Shown piece after piece: positions 35,936-45,487 of a stretch of 61,675 nucleotides of DNA. Location of the stretch: the NCBI GenBank assembly GCA_001917585.1, contig MNEG01000148.1, positions 1 through 61,675 of the forward strand, given 5' to 3'. A program made the translations under genes and the position numbers. Each line of letters opens with the position of its first letter. Positions within the stretch are counted from its first letter, which is position 1. The notes below the pieces were generated by a model. That model worked only from the letters and a program-made list of their open reading frames with translations. It did not search any database and was not told the origin of the DNA. The DNA is from Candidatus Rokubacteria bacterium 13_1_40CM_68_15. Its GTDB lineage: Bacteria > Methylomirabilota > Methylomirabilia > Rokubacteriales > CSP1-6.

Positions 35936-35963
35936 TCTGGGCCCTCCTGGGAAGCTCGATGAG

Positions 35964-36677
35964 ATGAGTGTCGCGCGCCGCACGGCAATGCCCATGACCA
36001 AAGTCACATCCGACGTCGCGACCGGATTGGCCGCCATCCCCTACCTGGCGTCGCTGTCGGCACGCGAGCGTTCCGACCTCGCCCGCCGCTGCCGCGTACG
36101 GGCGTTCGGCAAGGGTGCCCTCGTTTTCTCGGAGGGTCAGGCTGCGACCGGCGTGTGGGTGGTCCTCGCCGGACGCGTGCGGCTCGTGCGCTCCTCGCCC
36201 CGAGGGCGCGAGCAGGTGCTCCACACCGAATCAGTCGGCGCCGCGCTGGCCGAGGTGCCGCTCTTCGACGGAGCCGGCTACGTGGCGACGGCCGTCGCGG
36301 AAGACGACGCGCGGCTCCTCTTCGTTCCGGGCCCGGAACTGCTCGCACTGTGCCGGCGACGTCCGGAAATTTCCTTCGGTGTGATCGCCGTGCTCGCCCG
36401 GCGTCTGCGCGGATTCGCCGCGCTCATCGAGGATCTCGCACTCCGCGACGTGACCGCACGGCTGAGCGGCTTCATCGCCACCGAGGCGCGGCGCGCGGGT
36501 CGCGACGTCGTGGATCTGCCCGGGACACGCGATGACGTCGCCGCACGCCTGGGCACGGTACGTGAGCTGGTCTCCCGCTCGCTCGCGCAGCTCCGCAGCG
36601 ACGGCATCATCTCGGTGCAGGGGCGCCGCATCAGAATCATCGATGAGCGGCGTCTGAGAGCCCGGGCCGTGACCTGA
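35964..36677 (+). CDS. Crp/Fnr family transcriptional regulator
   Basis: cNMP-binding-like N-domain (FGKGALVFSEGQAATGVWVVLAGRVRL) and C-terminal HTH (TRDDVAARLGTVRELVSRSLAQLRSDGII). Start uncertain (35964, 35988 or 35994). Confidence 0.8.
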   Translation: MSVARRTAMPMTKVTSDVATGLAAIPYLASLSARERSDLARRCRVRAFGKGALVFSEGQAATGVWVVLAGRVRLVRSSPRGREQVLHTESVGAALAEVPLFDGAGYVATAVAEDDARLLFVPGPELLALCRRRPEISFGVIAVLARRLRGFAALIEDLALRDVTARLSGFIATEARRAGRDVVDLPGTRDDVAARLGTVRELVSRSLAQLRSDGIISVQGRRIRIIDERRLRARAVT

Positions 36678-36794
36678 CCCCGGGAGGTCGATGGTGTCGG
36701 AGAACCTGACAACCGCGAGGCGCGCACGCCCGCGAGGATGGCACCGGCCTTGAAAAACTATCAAAAATCGGGGCCGGCGAAGCGCTGGTGGGCT

Positions 36795-36809
36795 TGGCAC
36801 ATTTTCTGC
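36795..36809 (+). promoter_or_regulatory. Candidate sigma54 (-24/-12) promoter upstream of the minor-pilin operon
   Basis: TGGCAC-atttt-CTGC, canonical spacing, 19 nt before ATG 36828. Confidence 0.45.
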
Positions 36810-36827
36810 CGATTGCTCCCCGGACTC

Positions 36828-37292
36828 ATGCGAGCTCTTGTCGCCGACCATCGAGCCACGAACGTGCTTCCCGGCCAGCATGGCTTCACGCTCGCTGAAG
36901 TCTTGATCGCAACCGCCTTCGTGATGGTCGCGTTCGGGTCGGTGGGAGTCGGGTTTCTTCGGAGTACGAGCTCAGTCGAGATCGGACGGCAGCAGACGAC
37001 GGCCCTCTATCTCGCTGAACAGCGCCTCGAACAGATCAAGGCGTGGTCGCTGAACGCCGTTGCCGCTCAGGGATTTTCAACGGTCGCCACGGGCGCCGCC
37101 TGCTGTGGCAGCGAGGGCTACAACACGATCGCCAACTACGGCAACTATCGCCGCACGGTCGCCGTGACGTCGAATGGCAAGACCACCAAGGTCGTTCAGG
37201 TGTCGGTCTTCTATTTCCCGGTCAACCCGGCGGGCGGCCACGCGGGTAATGAGCGACGCGTCGACGTCTCGACCATGATCGCGAACCGATGA
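36828..37292 (+). CDS. Prepilin-type minor pilin (PilV/GspI-like)
   Basis: GFTLAEVLIATAFVMVAF class-III signal motif. Alternative start GTG 36864 would give a 7-aa leader. Confidence 0.7.
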   Translation: MRALVADHRATNVLPGQHGFTLAEVLIATAFVMVAFGSVGVGFLRSTSSVEIGRQQTTALYLAEQRLEQIKAWSLNAVAAQGFSTVATGAACCGSEGYNTIANYGNYRRTVAVTSNGKTTKVVQVSVFYFPVNPAGGHAGNERRVDVSTMIANR

Positions 37293-37975
37293 GCGCCGGC
37301 GCCGAGCGTCGACGGCCGCGCACGACTGCTCGCGGTGGCTTTACCCTCCCGGAGCTGCTCGTCGCGATGGCCGGCGCCGGACTGGTGCTTGCGGGACTCG
37401 TCACCTTCCTCGTAGCCGGTCAGCAGAGCTTCCTGGTCGGAGCGAACCAGATCGAAGCCCAGCAGAACGTCAGGATCGCCATTGCCCGGCTGACCGACGA
37501 GATCCGCGGTGCCGGTAACGGTCGCCCACCGCGCTCCCCGGGCGACGATCCCCCACCGCCACCGCGCTCCCCGGCGATCGCCGCCGGCCAAACCGCGACA
37601 TCCTTCACGGTACAGAACGACTGGAACGGCAATGGCACGATCGATCAGGGCGTGGTCGTGACCGTGAATGGCTCGCTGCGTGGCGAACAGGTGACGTACT
37701 CGTTCGCCGGCGGTCAATTGCTACGGCGAGAGTCCGCAGTAGACAACGCTGCCCAGCCCATTGTCGGCGGCATCCAGGGCCTTGTGTTCACCTACCTCGA
37801 CGCTTCGGGCACAAAGACGGACACGCCGGAGAACATCTGCTCGGTCGTCGTGACGGTTCAGACCCGTCCGGAGACGAGGCAGGCTGCGACGTACCAGCAA
37901 GGCGGGGTCGTCGTCACCATGACGGACACGGCTCGCATTCGGAACCCCGGATGCGAGCAGAGGAGCGGAGCATGA
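37289..37975 (+). CDS. Prepilin-type minor pilin (PilW/GspJ-like)
   Basis: GGFTLPELLVAMAGAGLVL motif. ATGA overlap with the upstream gene. Confidence 0.65.
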   Translation: MSAGAERRRPRTTARGGFTLPELLVAMAGAGLVLAGLVTFLVAGQQSFLVGANQIEAQQNVRIAIARLTDEIRGAGNGRPPRSPGDDPPPPPRSPAIAAGQTATSFTVQNDWNGNGTIDQGVVVTVNGSLRGEQVTYSFAGGQLLRRESAVDNAAQPIVGGIQGLVFTYLDASGTKTDTPENICSVVVTVQTRPETRQAATYQQGGVVVTMTDTARIRNPGCEQRSGA

Positions 37976-39447
37976 TGAACGGAACGCGGCCACACGGGCT
38001 CGATGAACGTGGGATGGTCGCGGTCATGGCGCTCATCGTGGTCCTCGCACTCAGCTTGCTCGTTGCCGCTTTTTTGGCGGTCAGCGCCTTCGAGCCGCAA
38101 ATCTCACAGAACCTTGCCGACTCCACCCAGGCGCGCTATGCAGCGGACGCTGGGATCGAGTGGGCGTTCGATACGCTCGTCGGCACGAAATCCTGGAATA
38201 CACTGCTGGTCGGCTCGGCCGGATGCGCGGTTCCGGTGACACCGCCGGGTTGGAGCAACGTGACCATCGGCGGGCTGGTGGGCTCGTTCACGGTCAGCCT
38301 TCGCAACGATTGCCAACCCGGGGACAATCAGATCACCGGGGAGACGGACCCTGACACCGGGACGGCCACGACCGACACCAACAATATCCTGATTCTGACT
38401 TCCACCGGCACGTTCCAGGGTGCCCAGAAGAAGATCCAGGTGGTGATCCGCCGACATCTCCCGCCTGGACTGAACCTCCCGGCGGCGGTCAACGAGCCCG
38501 GCTTCCAGTCGGATACGTACATCGTGTGCACTGCGCAGGAAGGCCCGTGCGCGAACTTCGAGATCGACGGGCGTGATTATTCGTGCAGCGCCTGCCCGCC
38601 CGAGGCCGATGCCGCCTGGTACAAGACCGCGAACTGGTCAGCGGCGTCCGGCCCCGCCCTGAAGCTGGGGATCGCGACGCAGCCGGGTGATCAACAGGAC
38701 CTCAGCCCAGCGACGACGTACCAGCAAAACGTCGAAAATGCCTTCAAGAGCGTCTGTCCCAACTGCACATCCGCCCAGGCGATGCAGAAGGAGGGCGCGA
38801 TCACGGGCAAGGATCAAGCGATTCCCGATCCCTCCGCCACGGCAACCGGTCTCGCTGCCATCGGGGCGACGAATGCGCTCAACCCCACCATCATGCAGAA
38901 TCTCCTCAAGACCCTGACGAGCAATCCGAAGACGCAAGTTTTACAGTCCACGCTCGCGTGCCCGATGCAAATCAACGGCGATGTGGGCGGTCCGACGTCG
39001 ACGCCGACCCTCACCAACGGATGCGGCATGAACCAGACGATCGATCTTGGAACACCCAGCAACCCCCAGCTCGTATATTTCCGAGGTGATCTCGATCCGA
39101 CTTCGAACTTCGCCGGTCTCACCATCAACAACCAGATTCAGGGGGCGGGCATCCTGATCGTGGAGGACGGCGATATCAAGGTGCTCGGAAACCTCAACTG
39201 GCAAGGGCTCGTCATCGTCACGGGTCAGTACGTCGGCGCGGGATTCATGGATGGGAGCACGACGAACATCAACGGTGCGCTGGTCAGTAATGAGACCGTC
39301 TGGAACGAGCAGCCGGGCTTCTCTGAGTTACACCTCGGCACGATGTTGGGATCTGCGACGTTCCACTATAGCCAGCAAGCACTCGACTTGATGAACGGGA
39401 TCCGGAAGATCCACACGCTCTATGGGTGGCGCACCGTCTCGAATTAG
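37972..39447 (+). CDS. Large PilX/GspK-like pilus-associated protein
   Basis: ATGA-coupled to the previous gene. N-terminal ERGMVAVMALIVVLALSLLVAAFL anchor with ...ARYAADAGIEWA, as in PilX-N-type proteins. Long Thr/Gly/Asn-rich body. Confidence 0.55.
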   Translation: MMNGTRPHGLDERGMVAVMALIVVLALSLLVAAFLAVSAFEPQISQNLADSTQARYAADAGIEWAFDTLVGTKSWNTLLVGSAGCAVPVTPPGWSNVTIGGLVGSFTVSLRNDCQPGDNQITGETDPDTGTATTDTNNILILTSTGTFQGAQKKIQVVIRRHLPPGLNLPAAVNEPGFQSDTYIVCTAQEGPCANFEIDGRDYSCSACPPEADAAWYKTANWSAASGPALKLGIATQPGDQQDLSPATTYQQNVENAFKSVCPNCTSAQAMQKEGAITGKDQAIPDPSATATGLAAIGATNALNPTIMQNLLKTLTSNPKTQVLQSTLACPMQINGDVGGPTSTPTLTNGCGMNQTIDLGTPSNPQLVYFRGDLDPTSNFAGLTINNQIQGAGILIVEDGDIKVLGNLNWQGLVIVTGQYVGAGFMDGSTTNINGALVSNETVWNEQPGFSELHLGTMLGSATFHYSQQALDLMNGIRKIHTLYGWRTVSN

Positions 39448-39662
39448 AGCGGTCCCACCGTCCTCGACCTGACCCAGGCCACAGCCCCGGCGCGTCTGCC
39501 GTCCCGGGCGACGGCCGCTGACACTACCGTACAGCCGGTTTCCGTCCGATTGCCGCTTTCCGTCACCCGCCTGACAAATTGTGACCGTCCTGACGGCCTC
39601 GTGACTACGGTGGTGGCCTGAACCTCCCAATTTCACAGGCGATGTTCCGGTCTTCGAACGCT

Positions 39663-39678
39663 TGGCACCGTCGCTGCA
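39663..39678 (+). promoter_or_regulatory. Candidate sigma54 (-24/-12) promoter upstream of pilin 2
   Basis: TGGCAC-cgtcg-CTGCA, near-consensus, only 14 nt before GTG 39692. Confidence 0.45.
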
Positions 39679-39691
39679 GTAGCGGTGTCGC

Positions 39692-40084
39692 GTGATGAAA
39701 TCAACGCGATGGAACGCGCGAGGCTTCACGCTGATCGAGCTGATGATCGTCGTGGCGATCATCGGCGTCCTGGCCTCGATTGCCGTTCCGCTGTACGCCA
39801 ACGTCACGGCGCGATCGCGTATCGCCAAGGCCCAGGCCGACATCCGCTCGCTGGTGAGCGCCGTGTCGATATACCAGTCGCACATGAGCGTGTACCCCGT
39901 CGCGCTCACGGATCTCACCGGGGTGGTCACGAACCCGTCGGGACTCACGGGCGGGCCGTTCATGGGCTCGATTCCGACACCGCCGTCGACGTCGTGGGGC
40001 TCCGCGTACGCCTACGTCACCAACGCCAACGGGACCTTCGTGATCTCGGCGGCCGGTGACGGCGCCACCGTCACGGCGCCCTGA
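39692..40084 (+). CDS. Prepilin-type (pseudo)pilin, PulG/PilA-like, paralog 2
   Basis: MMKSTRWNARG followed by FTLIELMIVVAIIGVLASIAVP. Collinear with pilin 1 through to the ...ISAAGDGATVTAP C-terminus. Start GTG 39692 or ATG 39695. Confidence 0.85.
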   Translation: MMKSTRWNARGFTLIELMIVVAIIGVLASIAVPLYANVTARSRIAKAQADIRSLVSAVSIYQSHMSVYPVALTDLTGVVTNPSGLTGGPFMGSIPTPPSTSWGSAYAYVTNANGTFVISAAGDGATVTAP

Positions 40085-40093
40085 CGCCTCGCC

Positions 40094-42664
40094 TCAGCTG
40101 AAGCGTCGGAGGTAAGTTGCGAGCGCGTCGCCCTCGCGCTCGCGCAGCGCGACGGCCACCCGCAGCTGCTCCAGATACTGCTCGAGCGTCTTGCCGCCCA
40201 GGTCGATCTTCCGTGCGGTGAAGAACGCGTGGACGTCACGCTCGAGCTCCGGCGTGGCCAGCCCGATGACGCCCTCGCACATGCGGCGCAGGCCATGCTT
40301 GGGGAAGAGCCGGTCCATCCGGTCCCAGTGCCGCTTGACGAAATCCCACGCCAGCTCCCGGGCATAGACGCTCATGAGCAACGTACGGATGACGAAGGGC
40401 GCGTCCTGGGTCCGGATCTCGCCGTTGACCGTTCGCTCCAGCGTCTGTGCGAGGAGCTCGGGCCGCTGGAAGCCGGCAAGGGCGTAGAGATAGCGCTGCT
40501 CCTCCTGTGGCGTGGTGGCCGCGCGGAAGCGACGGAGGAATTCCTCGTAGCGATCGGCGTCGCCGACGTGGGCGAGGATGGCGATCAGGGCGGGCAGGAC
40601 GTTGGGATCGACGGCGGCCGCATCGGTGAGGGACGCTGCGTAACGACGGGCGGCCTCGGCCTGCACGGTCGGATCGTTGCCGAGCGTGCCGAGGGCGCGC
40701 AGCAGATCGCCGCGGAGCTGACGCATCAGCTCGTCCTCACCCGGTCGTGGATTCCAGCCGAGATCCGCCACCGCCGGCGCGACCAGGCGTCGCGTGAATC
40801 CCTCCAGGCCCGTCCGGTCGGCGGGGGCGATGACGCGATTGAGCGCGCCCAGCGCGGACAGGAGGCTCGTCCACACGTTGCGGTCGCGCTCGGCGGTGAA
40901 GCGCGCCGACAGCTCGAGGTACTCGGTGACGGGCGTGAGCCCGGCCAGCACGGTGGCCCACGCGTCGCTGACGAGATTGAAGCGCTCGATCGGCATCAGC
41001 CCATCGCGCAGCCGGCCCAGGAGCGTGTCGCGTAGATCGGCCGCGTAGCGCACGCGGTAGAAGCCGTGGCCGCCCTCGTTCACGAGCGCGTAGTCGCTGC
41101 CCGCGGGAACGGGCACCCGCGCTTCGGCTCCGTCGAGGACGAGGCGCACGACGCGATCGCCCGCGCGCGTGCCGAAGCGCACCTGGATCGGCACCTCCCA
41201 GCGCTGGTCGCGGCTCCCGCTCGGCGTCACGAACGGCGGCGGCTCCGGCCGGTAGGTGAAGCGCTGCTGGCTGAGCACGAGATCACCCCCGTCGCGCCGC
41301 ACCGAGACGAGCGGGAAGCCGGGCTTCAAGATCCACCCATCCATCATGGCGTTGATCGGCGTGTGGGCGGCGTGGCCGAGCGCGGCCCACAGGTCGCCGG
41401 TGTCGGCGTTGGCGTAGGCATGGTCACGGAGATAGCCGCGCACGCCGGCACGGAAGAGGTCGGCGCCCAGATACTGCTCGAGCATGCGCAGCACCGAGGC
41501 GCCCTTCTCGTAGGTCAGCACGTCGAACATCGCGTCGGCATCACGCGGCGCCCGCACCTCGAATTCGATGGGACGCGTCGACCAGAGCCCGTCCACCGCG
41601 AAGGCGGCGGCGCGGGAGACGCCGAACGTGGTCCACCGCCTCCACTCCGGCTTCCAGGCGTCCACGGCCAGCATCTCCATGAACGTGGCGAACGCCTCGT
41701 TCAGCCAGATGCCGTTCCACCACGACATGGTGACGAGGTCGCCGAACCACATGTGGGCGTTCTCGTGGGCGACGACGTCGGCCACGCGCTCCTGCTCGGC
41801 GTGCGTCGCCTGGTGCTCATCGACCAGCAGCGCCGTCTCCCGGAACGTGATGGCGCCGAGGTTCTCCATGGCGCCGGCCGCGAAGTCCGGAATGGCGAGC
41901 AGATCGAGCTTGTCGCCGGGATAGGGCAGGCCGTAGTACTCCTCGAAGAAGCGGAGTGAGGCGGCGGCCACCTCCTGGCCGAAGGCGGCCAGCTTGACCT
42001 TGCTGGGCACGCACCAGACGCGGAGCGGCGTGCGGCCCACGGACACGGGCATGGTCGACTCGAGCTCGCCGACCACGAAGGCCACGAGATAGGTGGACAT
42101 CTTGATGGTGTCGGCGAACGTGATGACCTTGCGATGTCCCTCGCGGCGCTCGGCCACGATGCGCGTGTTGGAGACGGCGGTGAGGGCGGAATCGATGGCC
42201 AGGGTGCTGGCGAAGACGGCCTTGAATCCCGGCTCATCCCAGCACGGGAAGGCGCGACGGGCGTCGGTCGCCTCGAACTGCGTGGCCGCCAGCGTGCGGC
42301 TCATGCCGGCCGCGTCCTTGTACGTGCTGCGGTAGAAGCCGCGCAGCTTGTCGTTGAGGATGCCGCTGAAGACCAGGTGGAGCCGCCAGTGGCCCGGCGC
42401 GATGGAAGCCGGGAACGTGAGCCGGCAGCGCTCGAGGCTTTCCTCGAGCGCCACCGTGGCCCGCCGTCGCTCGCCCCGCTCGTTCTCGAGCGCCGCGTCC
42501 GTGACCGAGAGCTCGGCGGCGTTGAGGACGATCTCCGTGGTCGGCTCCGTCACGGTGACGGCGATCGTCTCGGCGCCGGTGAACGACGCCGTCACCAGAT
42601 CCGGCTCCAGCCGGATCTCGTAGCGTGTGGGTACGACGTGACGCGGGAGCCGGTAGGGATCCAC
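40094..42664 (-). CDS. pepN: M1 family aminopeptidase N
   Basis: 856 aa. GAMENLG exopeptidase motif and HENAHMWFGDLVTMSWWNGIWLNEAFATF (HExxH-18-E). Confidence 0.9.
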   Translation of the reverse strand: MDPYRLPRHVVPTRYEIRLEPDLVTASFTGAETIAVTVTEPTTEIVLNAAELSVTDAALENERGERRRATVALEESLERCRLTFPASIAPGHWRLHLVFSGILNDKLRGFYRSTYKDAAGMSRTLAATQFEATDARRAFPCWDEPGFKAVFASTLAIDSALTAVSNTRIVAERREGHRKVITFADTIKMSTYLVAFVVGELESTMPVSVGRTPLRVWCVPSKVKLAAFGQEVAAASLRFFEEYYGLPYPGDKLDLLAIPDFAAGAMENLGAITFRETALLVDEHQATHAEQERVADVVAHENAHMWFGDLVTMSWWNGIWLNEAFATFMEMLAVDAWKPEWRRWTTFGVSRAAAFAVDGLWSTRPIEFEVRAPRDADAMFDVLTYEKGASVLRMLEQYLGADLFRAGVRGYLRDHAYANADTGDLWAALGHAAHTPINAMMDGWILKPGFPLVSVRRDGGDLVLSQQRFTYRPEPPPFVTPSGSRDQRWEVPIQVRFGTRAGDRVVRLVLDGAEARVPVPAGSDYALVNEGGHGFYRVRYAADLRDTLLGRLRDGLMPIERFNLVSDAWATVLAGLTPVTEYLELSARFTAERDRNVWTSLLSALGALNRVIAPADRTGLEGFTRRLVAPAVADLGWNPRPGEDELMRQLRGDLLRALGTLGNDPTVQAEAARRYAASLTDAAAVDPNVLPALIAILAHVGDADRYEEFLRRFRAATTPQEEQRYLYALAGFQRPELLAQTLERTVNGEIRTQDAPFVIRTLLMSVYARELAWDFVKRHWDRMDRLFPKHGLRRMCEGVIGLATPELERDVHAFFTARKIDLGGKTLEQYLEQLRVAVALREREGDALATYLRRFS

Positions 42665-42740
42665 GGAGTGGTTGCCTCCTTTAGCAGTGGATGGCCAGTC
42701 CGTACTCTACCTCATGCCGACGGTCACGTCGTCTCGTTGC

Positions 42741-43307
42741 TCACCAGCTCACGGCATCGGCAAGGGCACCGCGCTCCATCGCGGTCTTGAACGAGGCGAG
42801 ATCGTCGTCGATCTTCTGGCGCGCGTCGTGACCGAAGAGCGCGGCCAGCGCGTGACCGAGCTCACCGCCCGGCGGGTCGTACTGCAGCGTGACGCGGACG
42901 ATGGTCCCGCCGGCCGCGGTCGGCTCGAAGCGCACCGAGCCCGCGTGGGTAACGTCGGCGTTCGCCACCGAACGCCACGCGATCAGCTCGTTCGGCACGT
43001 CGTTGATGATCTCGGCGTCCCACTCGAGCCGAGCTCCTGCCGGCGCCTTCACGACCCAGTGCGAGCGCGTCGGCCCGGCCACACGGACGGATTCCAGGTG
43101 CGACATGACGTGAGGAAGGTTCTCGAAGTTTCGCCAGAACCGGTAGAGGCGTTCCGGCGATTCCTTGATCGTGATCGAGGTCTCGACGTTGATGCCGAGG
43201 TTTCCGCGATGTCGGCTGACGAAGCTTCGTCGCAGCGCGCGGTAGACCCACGGTACGCCGAACACGGCCAGGCCGACTCCCGCGATTGCTCCGATTGCCT
43301 TGAGCAT
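42741..43307 (-). CDS. SRPBCC (cyclase/dehydrase-like) protein with N-terminal membrane anchor
   Basis: Start MLKAIGAIAGVGLAVFG (ATG 43307, AGGAGG SD). IKESPERLYRFWRNFENLPHVMSHLESV is typical of the family. Confidence 0.7.
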   Translation of the reverse strand: MLKAIGAIAGVGLAVFGVPWVYRALRRSFVSRHRGNLGINVETSITIKESPERLYRFWRNFENLPHVMSHLESVRVAGPTRSHWVVKAPAGARLEWDAEIINDVPNELIAWRSVANADVTHAGSVRFEPTAAGGTIVRVTLQYDPPGGELGHALAALFGHDARQKIDDDLASFKTAMERGALADAVSW

Positions 43308-43361
43308 GGGACGTCCTCCTGATGAATACAAGAATTTGCGCGGCGTCGGCGAACGACGCCG

Positions 43362-44222
43362 TCAGGAATGGATGCACCCCTTGTGCCAGGACTCCGGCGG
43401 AACGAGCGCAGCGAGGAGCCCCGCGAGCATGTCCCAGCCAGAGGAGTGCCCGATCCGAACCAGCCGGCGCGCAGCGTCGACCAGAGCCGCGGCAGATGCA
43501 CCGAGAGCGAGTCCGCGCGCCAGGTCGTGCAGCGGAGCGTGGCCGCGGCCGGCGACGAGGTCAGTGAGGAGAACCGCGCTGATCGGATGAGTCGCCTGAC
43601 GTGCGCGCGCGCAGACGATCTCGCCAGCTGCGCGCCAGCGCGTGCGTGAACCAACAGGACCGAAAATTTCTCGGGCAAAGAAAAGGCCGCCGACGAAATC
43701 GTCGCCCGCCGGTGTGAGCCCGGGCCCGAGGCCGATCAGCTCATCGGCGGCGCGCGTCGCCGCGTCGGTGTCCTCGCCATGACTCGCCAGCGCGAGCGCG
43801 CGGGCCGCCGGCGCGGCGCTGTCGAAGGGAAAGCGCAGCGCCTGTCCCGTCAGCAGGATCGCGAACCCCTCGGGCGTCCCGACCTCGCCGAGCCGGGGCA
43901 GCAACGAGTGCGCGGCCCCGGCGACGGCCCGCGGATCGATCACGGTCGCGCGGTCCTCCGGCTTCCACATCGCGGCGTCGGCAAAGTCGAGCGTGACCTC
44001 ATCGGCGAGCGACGTCGGGACCGCTGAGCCGGCGACGACGGCGCGGCCGTGGAGCGGCGATCCGGCCGCACCGATCCAGATGAGCGTGGCGCCGGCCTGA
44101 AGGTACGCAGAACGCGCGAGGGGCGCCACGACACGCGCACGACCGCGCGTCTCGATGAGCGCGTCGCGGGCCAGCCATCCGAGCGCGGCCACCTCGATCG
44201 GTTCGTCGGGCACGGCGGTCAC
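43362..44222 (-). CDS. DUF2877 (AllH-like) domain protein
   Basis: 286 aa. LIGLGPGLTPAGDDFVGG motif characteristic of DUF2877. Confidence 0.6.
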   Translation of the reverse strand: MTAVPDEPIEVAALGWLARDALIETRGRARVVAPLARSAYLQAGATLIWIGAAGSPLHGRAVVAGSAVPTSLADEVTLDFADAAMWKPEDRATVIDPRAVAGAAHSLLPRLGEVGTPEGFAILLTGQALRFPFDSAAPAARALALASHGEDTDAATRAADELIGLGPGLTPAGDDFVGGLFFAREIFGPVGSRTRWRAAGEIVCARARQATHPISAVLLTDLVAGRGHAPLHDLARGLALGASAAALVDAARRLVRIGHSSGWDMLAGLLAALVPPESWHKGCIHS

Positions 44223-44275
44223 CCTATCACGTGATGATGGGCCTGGTTGCCGGTGTTCCTGCTAAGGTGAGGCGC

Positions 44276-45487
44276 ATGTCATCGCGCGCCGTGCGACGGC
44301 TCTCGACGAGTCTCGCCGTGGTCCTCGTCGCGACGGCCGCCGGCGGGGCCGAAACCGTCGAGGACTTCGTGCGACGACACTGGCGCGCGCCGCTGGCCGC
44401 GCAGGGCACGGCGCCCGCACGCTTCTCGACGCTCGAGGCGTCGCTCCGTCCGGAATCGTGCGGCACGTGCCATCCCGCGCAGTATGCCGATTGGCGGACG
44501 AGCTGGCACGCGGCGGCGACGGGGCCCGGCGTCGCCGGACAGCTCGTCGAGATGCTCGAGAGCGATCCCGGTTCGGCGCTCGGATGTCTCGGCTGTCACG
44601 CGCCGCTCGCCGAGCAGTCGCCGCTGGCGCGCAACGCGGGCCGCCTCGTTCCCAATCCCGTCTTCGACCCTGCGCTGCATCGTGAGGGCTTGCCCTGTGC
44701 CGGCTGCCACGTGCGCGGCCATCAGCGGTTCGGACCGCCACGGCGGGACGGCTCGCTCGCGAGCGTCGCGCCGCGAGAGACCCTCCCGCACGGCGGCGTC
44801 ACCCGCACGCCGGCGTTCCTGTCCGCCTCGTTCTGCCGCGGCTGCCACCAGTTCGGCACGGACGGCACGACGCTCAATGGCAAGCCTCTCGAGAACACCT
44901 ACCGAGAGTGGGAGGTGAGCCGCTTCGCGCGCGAGGGCGTGCAATGCCAGGACTGTCACATGCCCGACCGCCGGCACCTCTGGCGCGGGATTCATGACAG
45001 CGAGATGGTGCGCTCGGGGTTATCGATCGAGGTCGCAAGTCCCAGGGGCCGCGTCGGCGCCGGTGATGTTGTCAGCGTGACCCTGACCGTGCGCAGCGTG
45101 CGGGTGGGACATGCGTTCCCGACGTACGTCACGCCCAAGGTTGTGCTGAGAGCCGAGCTGGTCGCCGCCACCGGCGAGCTCATCGAAGGCAGCCGCGAGG
45201 AGCGCGTGATCGCACGAGAAATCGCGCTCGATCTCTCCCGGGAGATCTCCGACACGCGGCTGTTGCCCGGCCAGTCCGCGACGCTGCGTTTCCGCCGCCG
45301 GCTGCCCGCTGCCGGCATCTCCGCACGCCTGACCGTCGTCGTCTATCCCGACGCGTTCTACACGAGCTTCTACGAAGCGCTGCTTCAGCAGGGTGCCGGA
45401 CGAGGCGCCGCCCAGATCCGCGAGGCGCTCGAGGCCACGCGGCGCTCGCCCTTCGAAATCTTCCGCCGCGTCCTGCCGCTGTCCTAG
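44276..45487 (+). CDS. Secreted multiheme c-type cytochrome (five CxxCH)
   Basis: ATG 44276 (AAGGTGAGG SD), signal peptide. Heme motifs CGTCH, CLGCH, CAGCH, CRGCH and CQDCH. Confidence 0.75.
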   Translation: MSSRAVRRLSTSLAVVLVATAAGGAETVEDFVRRHWRAPLAAQGTAPARFSTLEASLRPESCGTCHPAQYADWRTSWHAAATGPGVAGQLVEMLESDPGSALGCLGCHAPLAEQSPLARNAGRLVPNPVFDPALHREGLPCAGCHVRGHQRFGPPRRDGSLASVAPRETLPHGGVTRTPAFLSASFCRGCHQFGTDGTTLNGKPLENTYREWEVSRFAREGVQCQDCHMPDRRHLWRGIHDSEMVRSGLSIEVASPRGRVGAGDVVSVTLTVRSVRVGHAFPTYVTPKVVLRAELVAATGELIEGSREERVIAREIALDLSREISDTRLLPGQSATLRFRRRLPAAGISARLTVVVYPDAFYTSFYEALLQQGAGRGAAQIREALEATRRSPFEIFRRVLPLS

